A DNA stretch of 64,000 nucleotides. Origin: Selaginella moellendorffii (Eukaryota > Plantae > Lycopodiophyta). Location: contig NW_003314355.1 of assembly GCF_000143415.4 (NCBI RefSeq), forward strand, positions 205,410-269,409. The letters are read 5' to 3'. A program made the translations under genes and the position numbers. How positions within the stretch are numbered: the stretch's first letter is position 1; each line of letters starts with the position of its first letter. Of this stretch, positions 1 to 10,644 are shown in pieces. The notes beneath the pieces are model-generated. The model did not search any database. It had not been told where the DNA came from and was given only the letters and a program-made list of their open reading frames with translations.

Positions 1-99
1 TGCACTTTGGTTTGTGCTCAGAGTTTTATGGTTTTCAATGTGTGCCACATTGACACGTGGCATGTGCTTTGGTGAGTTTTTCACATTGACACGTGGCAT

Positions 100-393
100 G
101 CCCTTTGGCTTGTTCTTGATCGTGCATCATCTGTAGCAACGTTAATGCATTGTGGCGCATCATGGATGTCCAAACTCCCAATTGCAAATTGAACCCGGCC
201 CTCTGTTTTAAGTGTCGCATGGTCATTATTAGATCCCGCAGTTTCTCCCGTGTGATTAATGTGAATCTGTCTCTTTTGACCAACTTGCGACCGCAGGCTT
301 TGGAGGGTGCAGTGACATTCGAGGACGAGCCACGCTCATGGGAGAAAAGGACACCGTTCAGATCAAAAACGATATAGTACTTTCGCCGTGACT
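100..393 (-). other. FCP1/NIF-like HAD-fold domain (N-terminal part)
   Basis: YIVFDLNGVL (HAD motif I variant DxN) and LGVWTSMMRHNA (motif II, WT/SS). Confidence 0.6.
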
Positions 394-2399
394 CTGAAAT
401 GAAATGCGTCAGCATGAAAAATGGTACAAGTCAATTTTACCATCTACAATATTAGCGAATGGTGCTCCCGATGGTCGTTCAGAAGGTTTTGGTCGAGGAA
501 ACGTGAAGGGCGGAAATACTCTCCTCTGCAATGTGGGGTCAATCGCATCCGATGGCGTGTGGGCACATGCCATTTCAGCTGTAGACTCTGGTACAACTGG
601 CTCAACAGTGGCATGGGGTGGTTCCGATGGCGTGTGATCACACGCCATTTCAGCTGGTGCCTCCGTTGGCAAAGTGGACATGACCGAACAGGCAGCAGGG
701 GCGGTGTAGGGAGGTTCCAACGGCGCGTAGTCAGACGATTGGGCACACGTTGGAAATGAGGATACGACTGGCTCGGCGGCTGGGGCGGCCTCATGCGGGT
801 CCAATGGCGCCTAGTCACCGTCAGTTGGATACGTGGACAAGATTGACTCAGTGGTATGGGCAGCATCAAGTGGAGCGTGGTCAGCTTGCTTGGCGTTGAT
901 ATGGATAGTAGCCTCCACCAGCTCTGATGACTCTTGCAGGCAAGTAGAGTCCACTGGCGGATCCATATGCATGTCCAAATATCTCCCTTCGATTGAGATG
1001 GTATCATCCCGTGCTACTAAAAACAAACTCATTAGCACATTGAATCGACTATACTGTATTTACCATCAACTGCTATTGAGGAACTAGGACCGATATCACT
1101 TGGGCGCACTGCTGATTCTGAAGGATTGGACATACGTTTCGACCCTTGCTTGGCACTATCCTTCCTCGACACTAAAGGCTAGAGTTTGTATCTTAATTCA
1201 ACTGAATAATCTCTACTTACCATTGCTTCTGCGACCTACATAGACAATGTTAGAAATGGTAAAAGGTTAGGAATGGATGTACTATTATTTACCTGATGGT
1301 TTGTCTTGTATGACCTTCCTCCGCTGCTCTTTGGCCACCTCAGGCTGGCCATCGTCGTCATCATCGTCATCGTCGTTATTGTGATCGTCACCATTGTGAG
1401 GACCATCCAAGTCCTCTTCGTCCTCCTCTTCTTCATCCTCCTCTTCTTCGTCCTCCTCTTCTTTGTCCTCCTCTTCGTCCTTCTGCTCTTCCTGCTCATT
1501 ATCTTTCTCTGGCTCCTCATCCCCCTCTTGCATTTCTTCCATAGGCTGCTCAGGCTGGATGGCTTGTTTTTCCAAGACCATCTTGGGAAAATCATCTGGC
1601 CGAGTCTCCATCTCAAAATACAAGACATCCATAGCCTGTTTTAGTGCGTGACCTAGGACCGTATCCTCACCCGACTGTCTTAACATGGTTTCTGCACGTT
1701 CTTGCACCCTTCGAAGACGACGAGATGAGAAAAACGTGGCCCTGACTTGAAAAGCATCCCTCATCCATTGTACCTCTCCATTGAGATTGGGGAAGGGGAG
1801 TCCGCCATAGGAATCTGAGTCAGAAGGTGGTGACTGGCTCCTTTCACTCAGCCCTTGATCTGCAATGAATGGCATGAGCACACACGCCATAACCACGAGG
1901 CATTACCTATCATCTTTTCGTTGCCCTTCTTCCTTTTCGAATCAAACGCCTCTGATCCCGACGACTGTCCAACGTGCTTTCGCTTTTTATGACCACTGTC
2001 AGTTTGAGCTTGGCTGGTGCTTGCCTGTTTTGCCTTTGAAGAAGTGTCTCCTGCAAGGAATGGCATGAGACCACACGCCATTGCAAATATAATTTGTACC
2101 TCCTTTTTTCCTATTGCTTGTCTGTTTGTCCTTCTTCGACGCGCCACCAATGCGCTTTTCAGTCCTCGTGTCTGAATATTCACAACGATCTATAATCAAA
2201 ATGGCGTGAGGCCTCACGTGACCTTACCTTGTGCAGGTTGTGACCTCGGCCTAACATCAGTAGCTGTTAACGCCGTTTCAGCATCTGGGGGTGGCCACGC
2301 TCCTGCATACAGAGCTTGTGAGATAACATTTAAACTTAAAGTGCGTACTCACCAGGTTCGTAGAGAAGATACTGTTTTTCTTTGGCAATTGTAATTATA

Positions 2400-2600
2400 T
2401 GCTCCATTGAAGTCACCTCTTCAATGGAGTTTGTCACCGCAACACACGGGACACCCTTGAGTAGTGCGGCTCGAAAGAATAGTCCGCCGCAGTTGTACTC
2501 GACAACGCATTTGCCCTTGGAGTCACCCGCTATTGCGTTGAAGACCCAGCTGAGCATTTCCTATGCTGCACCTGGAGCTTTCTTTGGATTCGAAAGCTCC
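2400..2600 (-). other. Degenerate SAM-binding segment resembling the C-terminus of beta-class N4C/N6A DNA methyltransferases
   Basis: KKAPGAA*EMLSWVFNAIAGDSKGKCVVEYNCGGLFFRAALLKGVPCVAV parallels KPxxLxxxLI...GDxVLDPFxGSGxxxxAAxxxGRxxxxxE; no clear DPPY/SPPY motif seen upstream. Confidence 0.35.
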
Positions 2601-3839
2601 ATAGCCATCTTCAGTTCCTCAGGCACGGGTAAATTGACCTCCCTCAGATCAATTCGATCGGCTTTGTTGAACGAAGCTGGGAAGTCACTCCAGTCCCATT
2701 CTGCTGTAGGACCAATAACAAGGGCGACTGTGAAGATGCGGACATTTGTCGGTATCTTCTTCTTAGCCATTATCCCATGGATCTCCCGTATCTCCTTGCC
2801 TTTCAACCGAGACTTCACCTCGTTCAAGGCCTTCCAGAACTTGTGATAGGATTCGGAGTCGTAGATCATATAGTGGACTGAAGATTCCACCTCCGCAAGT
2901 CCCACCATTAAGTCAATGATGGAGCTGACTTCGTCTGCATGAGTGATCTCCTCGTTTGTGAAGTCCATCACACAAAAGATGTTCTTGACCTGCTCATCTC
3001 CGTGGGAAACGATGCTCCTCCACCTTTGATCCTCATCCGAATTCACGTATACCCGGTAAGGTTCTCGATAGGCCTCTGCTGCGGGGTCGAGCTGTTTCTG
3101 AAGCCGGCGGTCGACATCCCTCTTAATGAAATTTGGATACTGATCCAACTTCTCAGCTTTACTTTTCGTGGCATCCCGCAGCAGATCGATGAACTTGGGG
3201 GCCCCCTTCACGTACTCGTCGATGTCTTCATTTGACAAGTCCAGCTCTTCCATCATCTCTTGTGTGGTGTCGATGCTCACCCTCGCCACGGCCACTTGCT
3301 CGAAGATCCAATCCTTCAATAGCGCACAAGCTCTCAGAGTCGTGCACAAGTCCTCGTATGTCACAATATGGCCGGGAGTCATTTTGGTCTTGTTGAAGAC
3401 TACCTCACCACGTAGAAGAGCATTAGCCACTGTCAGAAGGTTGTCGTCATCTAGAGACCGCGAGAAACGCAAGGCGTTGAGCTTCAAATCATTGGGCTTC
3501 CGGCCGTCCTCCACACCCATTGAGTTTAGCAACTCCCCGTCATGGTACCTCCTCAGCACATCTACCCATTTGTCAAAAACAACTTTTGTCGCGAGTAGAA
3601 TGTTATGGATGTTGAGTGTGTCATTGACCCCCAGTGTTTTCGAGAGAAGACTCGAGAATTCCTGCAATGGAAATGGCGTGAGGCCACATGCTATGCCACA
3701 TGCAATGAGGCTTACCTGCCAGGCGCTAGTTGCTAGTGCACGTCCTTGTCCTGGTTTTTGTGGCTTCTTCAGTTGAACCCAGAGCTTCCGTGTTCGTGCC
3801 AATGTCTCGTGCAGACCCGATTTGTAGCACGTTTCTTGC

Positions 3840-4225
3840 TTGACATTCTGCGCGTGGGAGATGTATATGATAGATCGGAGGGGCGAGTTGCCTTTTATCA
3901 GGCGGACAACTCTTGTCTTGAAGACTTTCTTCACCTCCTCGCCCACCATAATATCCACAACTATCTGTTGCATCGCCAAGCTAGAATGCTGCCCGGAGAC
4001 GGCATAGAACCGGATGTTCTGATCGTCCAACACCTTCCTATTGATCAAGTCTGGAAACCTCGTCTCGCTCTTCATTGTTCGGTAGTAGGGGATCACGTCT
4101 GCGATGTCGGGTGTTACTGGACTTGCCAGCATCTTCTGCTTCAGTTTCTCCACCCACTCATCAGATACTAGCCTGTGGTTGTATTTGCTTTGGATCTCGA
4201 TACGGCTCACGTCGATTGTATATAC
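3840..4225 (-). other. ParB/Sulfiredoxin-like N-terminal (nucleotide-binding fold) domain
   Basis: YTIDVSRI...NHRLVSDEWVEKLKQKM...FYAVSGQHSSLAM...VVRLI...ISHAQN follows the ParB pattern (IxxxxI, NxR, xxLxxSI, YxxxxGxHRxxA, terminal N); the G-x-x-R arginine is replaced by S. Confidence 0.6.
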
Positions 4226-5840
4226 TTTGTTGGAATAGTAACAAGTACTATTATCTGCGACGATTTTTGCTGCCTCTTCTTGCTCTTTCTGCTCTTTGCG
4301 GCTCTTTTTTTTGGTGGGTGTAGTGTTCGAACCCGAGGCAATGGCATCACCGAGTAGCTTCTTTTTTGGAGCAGCAGAGTTGGACGTCGGCTTGAGCTTG
4401 ACCACCCTTTTCTGCTTCGGGGTAGTTTCCAGATCGACCCCCTTCCCCTTCGCTTCGCAAACTGGAGGCACTCTCAATGGCTCAATATTGGAATATAGTT
4501 TTTGAACATCGCCGTAGGTGAGGTCCGTGGATTCCATGTGATCTTCATAGACCCGCAGTGTCTTTGAAATTGTGGGCCTCCTGGACAACCTCTCCCTAGC
4601 TCCCTCTAGGAATTCCTCATAGCCGCTGCCCCCCTCTGGGAAGCCACTAGGATGTGCAAGGTGGATCTTGAAGGCGGACGCTGTCTCTACCACAAGTGCC
4701 AGTCCATATTCTTGCATGGAACTGCATGGAGTGTCTGTCACTTGGATGAGGATCCCCATGCATTCTTTTCTCCCACCATCTGTGTTGTACAGCATTAGAT
4801 CTTCGCCTTCCATCCCGAAAGTCCAACTGGTGAGCTCCTCCCCCTTCTCTGCATCCACATTGACAGTGGCTGGAAGAAGAACGCAATTCCTCGCCTGTTC
4901 AGAAATGCACAACAATTAGAGCTGACAGATGAAAAGCTAGCAGCTGGAAATAACGTGAGGCCACACGCCATTCACCACTGCATCAGATGTCTTGAGGCTG
5001 CATCCTAAGATGGCGTGAGGCTACACGCCATCTGTAACCGGACTGCACTCGAGAGCCCAATCGGTGCATGCCAATGTTGCTACTGAATGGCATGTGGCCT
5101 CATGCCATTTTCTACTTGGTCTAAAAGACTTACCATTTGAAGCCGAATGGAGGCCGTGACAATCGAGGCCGGACTCGCTGGCGAATGTGCACTGTGTGTG
5201 CAGCAGATCGTAGCAGCAAGGCTACTCTGCCACTTACAGTTGGAGAGTGGTGCTGAAATCTCCCGGGACGCCAAGTGGGCTGCGTGTGGGTGGCGGAGTG
5301 GGCGGCGGAGTTGGCGGCGAAGTTACAAACTGGGTGTGTCTTGAAGTGGACGCCGATGCACACGAGCGTGATGCGAGCGCGAGTGTCATGCAAGCACGAG
5401 TGGACGCCAATGCACACGAGAAACCTGTAGAGAAGTGAGCGTGATCGCGAGTGGGAGTGCGATCCAAGCGGGAGCGTGAGTGTGCGAGCGCGAGTACAAA
5501 GCAAAATGCAAAACCTAACCTCACACGCGCGAAATGTCACAACGGTTGGTAATCCCGCCACGTCATCATTCCTCGGACTTGGGCGCCACCATTAATTTCT
5601 GGATTGCCGCGCGCATGCAAGCATGCAAAATCCAAAAGAAATCCGCAACGTCATCATTCCTCGGACTGCATGCACGCGAAATCCAAAAGAAAGATCATGA
5701 TTGGGATATCATTTAATACCCTCGCTATATTTATACCATGCATGATTGGATATTCCAAAGCATCTTGTATTTCCAAAAATGGCAGATGTTCAGCTAAATA
5801 AAGAAATTCTATCTGTTTCTATTTTTCTCTCAAATCAATA

Positions 5841-7200
5841 TTATAGCGTGTGGGCTCATGCAATTTTGAACCAAAGAAACCCAAAAAACGTTGGACCCAA
5901 AATATTTTGAAAAAACCCAAAAAACCCTAAACATTTTAAACCCAAAAATCCAGGCGTCCTGTGGCGTTATTCCTTGAATGGCGTGTGGGCGCATGCCATT
6001 TTCAGGGCCAAATGCTGAATGGAGAAAAATTCCCTTTCAGTGCAAATGCTGCAAGAGGCAGATGCCGAGCACAAAGGACTGTAACTACCTCACATGACAC
6101 AAATAAACTTTTCTCTATTTGGCAAAGATAAACTTTATAGCGTGTGGGCTCATGCAATTTTGAACCCAAAAAATGCACCAAAAAATTCTCGGCGTCATCT
6201 GGCGTTATCTCTTGAATGGCGTGGGGCCGCATGCCATTTTCAGGGGCACATAGGAGTATATTCCTAGGATATTCTGACACGTGCGAGATTTTTTTGAGTT
6301 TTCTGAAGATCCAACCGTTAGATCGCAACTAAATTTTACAGAATGGTATACAATGTCTTTCTTGATGACCCTGCAAAGAAGCATCTCGATCGGACACCAC
6401 AGGAGACCACACGAGCCTTACAATGTTTCAGGGGCATTTGCCATAGATCCGACTGTTATTTTGCTCCAAGATTTTACAGTTTGGTGTGCATTGACCTTTC
6501 CATCGAAACTGCAAAGGGACATCACAATCAGATGCAGGATCACAAGAAACTAACTTCACTAACTCTGGTTTCACCAAGATCTACGTAAGGAGTTATGAAA
6601 TGAAAGGACCCTCTCTATTGAAATGTGTTTATGGTCCTAGGGGCATTGTGACATATCAAAGGATTTTGCATCAAGTTCTGTATTTGCATGTTTATCAAGC
6701 TACTGAATTGCTAAACCCTAAACCCTAAACATGTGGCAAATGTTGCGTGAAGAAAGATGCCCTTTCTGGGCAAATGGTGTAAGAGGCAGATGCCGAGCAG
6801 ATGTATCTCAGGCTAGCGAAGGGGACAAACGAAAGCTAGCTATAAACATGATGGGATGCAAATAGATTACTAGGCTGGTCCTGCGAAAATCAAAAACCAT
6901 AATTGAAAACATTGAAAATGCAAAAAGAAAGGTTTATAATATTTTTGAATTTTAAGCAACCAAAGGAATGTAAGTAGGGCATGTGTTTGTAAGTTTAAAA
7001 ATGCCTCAACCACTTAAATTCCCAAGTAAATAAAGCTGTTTCTATTTTTGGTACAGGTAAACTTTATAGCGTGTGGGCTCATGCAATTTTGAACCCAAAA
7101 ATGCACCAAAAAATGCTCGACTAGCATTATTCTTTGAATGGCGTGTGGCCTTATATCGAGCATTATTCTTTGAATGGCGTGTGGCCTTATATTGCCATAA
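5841..7200. repeat. Three diverged ~100-150 bp intergenic repeat units, each carrying two palindrome variants
   Basis: TTATAGCGTGTGGGCTCATGCAATTTTGAACC at ~5841, ~6135 and ~7064, each followed by TTAT(T/C)..TTGAATGGCGTG. Confidence 0.8.
6711..6730 (+). repeat. Short plant telomere-type repeat / telo-box (CCCTAAA)
   Basis: CTAAACCCTAAACCCTAAAC; a single AAACCCTAAA also occurs near 5922. Confidence 0.5.
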
Positions 7201-8734
7201 ATGGACGTACACACACAGCATAATTATTCCTTTACACGGCGAATAATCTTGGCGCGGATCGCTGACATGGCATGGCAAAGTTCGAATCACTGACATGGCA
7301 CAGCTGGATCGAGGCAAGGACATGATGTGACAAAGTTCAACCTCCGACAGCAAAGTCTAGAAGCTACTCAGTTTGAAATTTGTCAGAGGAATCATAAGAT
7401 CTGGTTTGTCAGAGGATTTGATGTGACGTTCAAGCGTGTGTTATTTTTGAATTCTCGAACTCATTCCTAGGTCTATCATTTTTGTGCGCCGTGTTCTTGG
7501 TTCCGCTGAGCGCAGTGAGCGCTGCTTGTGTAAGCGGCGTTGTGGGCTGTGGTTTATGCGTCTACGAGCGGTTGCGGCATTGCGAGCGCCATTGCGAGCG
7601 GCAGTTTATGCGAGTGGCAGTTTGTGCGAGTGGCGCTACGAGCAGTTGCGGTGTTGCGAGCGGCGCTACGAGTAGTTGCGGTGTTGCGAGCGGCACTGTC
7701 TTTGGTGTGGCTACCGCTTCCTCTTGATATTCGGCACTTGTGCTTCCTGGTATGTTCACCATGGAATGGCTTAGGACCACATTTAGAAATGGCATGAGGC
7801 CACATGCCATCTTGGGCCCTTGCAATTTCATGGCTAGCGTATTGTCATGTATGTTTTTACTTGCCTGCAGCTGTGTGTATATCAAGATGGCATGAGGCCT
7901 CATGCCAATTTTGTGAATGCGAAATTTCACGTGGGTGTCAATAGCATGTTTGAATAATGGCATGTGGCCTCATGCTATTGAGGTTGTTTGGTATGTTATG
8001 ATTTAGGCCATTCTCCAATCATTTTTTGTATGGTCTTAACTTCTTTTCTGCACTTTCAGAATGGCCTTCAGGGTTGGGGGAAAGGTTTACATTTTGAATG
8101 GTGGGAAGAGAGTTGCAAAAGGGACCCTTGTGTCTATGGATCGGAACTTTGTTATACACTGTCAAAGGCTTGGGGAAGGCAATGCTGCTATATCAGTAGA
8201 GACTGTCTTCGATGGGAATGTGGTCGCTATTGAACGAGGAGAGATGGTCATCGGGGTAAATGTTGTTGTTGCCTTGAAAAATCTTCAGAAGAAAGCAGAT
8301 GTTGGGGACAACGCAAGTGCGACGCATGTTCCCTCCGTGGATCTTAAGAACCGTGCATGGATTCAGGCAAAGGTGTTTCTAAACAACCCCGAGGGGGAGG
8401 TGGTAGCTGAGGGCTTAGCCACAGTTGTCGATCCAAGAGATGCGGTTGCTAATCAAGAATTGGGCTGGGATGATATTGGAGTTGCGATTTTAGAGGTTGT
8501 TGACACAGAAGAAAACAGTCTGACTATTGGAAGCATTGTGCGGTGGAAATTGAGGCACTTAGTGTTTGAGAATGTGAAGGATTCACAATCAAACACCACT
8601 ACAACTGATGACAGAACATCTCTTCATGGGAAAAGAAAGTACACCTTCCTAAAGCGCAGCAAAAGGGATCTGAGCAACGAACCGAAAAGGCAGAAAATGG
8701 CGATGGAGGTTCGAATGGTCTCGACAGTTGCTTG

Positions 8735-10644
8735 TGTAAGCGACTAAATTTTCCATTCTACTTTAGTCACTTAACCACACCTCTGACCACTTGGAGGAGT
8801 CTCATTCACAACCTCCATAAGTCCAATCCAGGACTTGGGACTTGCTAGCCCCGAGAATGGCATCCATGCCACTCAACATTTGCACTTGGTCCAAGTGCTC
8901 CATGTGTCCGATCCCATGACCGACACTCAAAGGTACCACCGACATAGCAGCCCGTTACGCTAAGGCCATGCCCAATCACCTTTGCCACACTGGTAGTCCA
9001 ATACCACTTGCATCACCGTCTTGGCTCTCCAAGACTAGGCAAACCATCCGGGAGTGGTCATCTCAGATCCACTCCTTAGCATCCTTAGGATGCCCACCGA
9101 CAAGGGGAATAGCCTTCCCCAATATCCCTTGTCAGTCCCCACTAAGTCCCTTTCTGCCCCTGGCCGTGTTTGCCAACACTGCCACTGGATCGAGACCCAC
9201 AGGCCCGACCACTAAGTCCCACGGTCCTCTGGGACTTCCCCACCACACGCCTGTGTCCTTGGTCACTACCCCAGAGGACTGCTCCTCTTCCTTTCCACAG
9301 TCTGGGCCTTTGGGACAACATTTCGGAACACCGTGGCCTTACGCGAGCCACCTGGGTACTCTCCTCGCCTTCTGCCCTTGGGTGCTCTAGCCATGGGCTT
9401 AGAGCGGGTTCCATTGAGCCACACCAGGTATCCAAGTAGGTAGTGCCACCCACACTTGGACTGGGAGCATCGGCCAGTCGATCTCCCGGGGGAACTAGAG
9501 CCGGCTCTTGAACACTTCACCAAGCTAGCCCGCTTGTCGGTCTGTGTTCACTCTAGTCTTGGACTTCCCAGTGGGCAGCTCATCACCCAACACTGGGTCT
9601 GGCCTTCCTGGGCCAAACTGGCCTTTCCTGGCCAAACTGGCTCCACTGCAGTCCTCCCCCTACTATACTTTTGGAGCTCACCAAACCCCCCAGGGTCTGG
9701 GAGACGAACGCTTTGGGCTTTCACCCTCTCAGGCTCCGGTCTCGGACTCGGACTCGGACTCGGACTCGGACTCGGACTCGGACTCGGACTCGGACTCGGA
9801 CTCGGGCTCGGGCTCGGGCTCGGTCTCGGCCTCGGCCTCGGTCTCGGTCTCGGTCCCGATCTCGGTCTCGGTCTCGGTCTTGGTCTCGGTCTCGGTCCCG
9901 GTCTCGGTCTCGACTTCGGACTCCATCTCGGACTCCATCTCGGACTCCATCTCGGACTGCATCTCGGGTCCATCTCGGACTCCATCTCGGACTCCATCTC
10001 GGACTGCATCTCGGGTCCATCTCGGACTCCATCTCGAACTCCATCTCGGGTCCATCTCGGACTCCATCTCGGACTCCATTTCGGGTCCATCTCGGGTCCA
10101 CCTCGGACTCCATCTCGGACTCCATCTCGGACTCCATCTCGGGTCCATCTCGGACTCCATCTCGGATTCCATTTCGGGTCCATCTCGGGTCCACCTCGGA
10201 CTCCATCTCGGACTCCATCTCGGACTCCATCTCGGACTCCATCTCGGACTCCAACTCGGGTCCATCTCGGACTCCACTTCGGACTCCAACTCGAGTCCAT
10301 CTCGGACTCCACTTCGGACTCCAACTCGGGTCCATCTCGGACTCCACTTCGGACTCCAACTCGGGTCCATCTCGGACTCCACTTCGGACTCCAACTCGAG
10401 TCCATCTCGGACACTTCCACGTGTCATGTGTTGGTCCTTTTGGGTCCCTTTTTGGAGCCTCACTTTTTGCTCGCTTCGTGCTCGTTCCTCGAGCCCTTCG
10501 TTGGGAGTTCCACTCCCGCTCTTGACTTTTCAAGTCGGAGCTTTTGGTCCAAACGTGTTACGCTCGTTTGGCTCTCGCTTCAGCCACTACCACGTGGCAC
10601 CCTTTCCGGCTCCACTTTGGGGCATAGGGATTTTGTGTCTCACA
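8735..10644 (-). mobile_element. Solo LTR, family LTR-A
   Basis: TG...CA ends; 5-bp TSD GCTTG at 8730-8734 and 10645-10649; orientation taken from the PBS following the copy ending at 20699. Confidence 0.97.
9735..10411. repeat. LTR-internal microsatellite/minisatellite: (CTCGGA)n, (CTCGGT)n and 11-12-mer CTCGGACTCCAT / CTCGGGTCCAT; present in every LTR-A copy
   Basis: Seen directly; array length varies among copies (16860-17250, 19150-19700, 22905-23375, 26795-27320, 35343-36010, 48187-48785, 63510-64000). Confidence 0.97.

Larger units (their letters stand above)
35..5136 (-). pseudogene. Multi-exon gene (~1,470 codons in window): ParB/Srx-like domain, degenerate amino-MTase-like segment, acidic low-complexity region, FCP1/NIF (HAD)-like domain; two in-frame TAG stops; 3' end may lie outside the window
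   Basis: GT-AG introns at 4895-5133, 3662-3715, 2303-2352, 2190-2227, 2051-2099, 1860-1906, 1236-1292, 1172-1220, 1017-1063 and 394-440 join ORFs 2561-4915, 2336-2557, 1999-2217, 1848-2183, 1285-1896, 811-1038, 409-804 and 35-415 into one frame. Internal exons of 75, 90, 144, 567, 15, 108 and 576 nt are all multiples of 3 with phase-1 junctions. Stops at 2561-2563 and 811-813 are followed by in-frame continuation. Confidence 0.75.

Noticed and set aside
46-100. Duplicated CACATTGACACGTGGCATG containing a G-box/ABRE core
   Set aside because: It lies at the window edge within or after a coding exon, and context is insufficient to call it regulatory.
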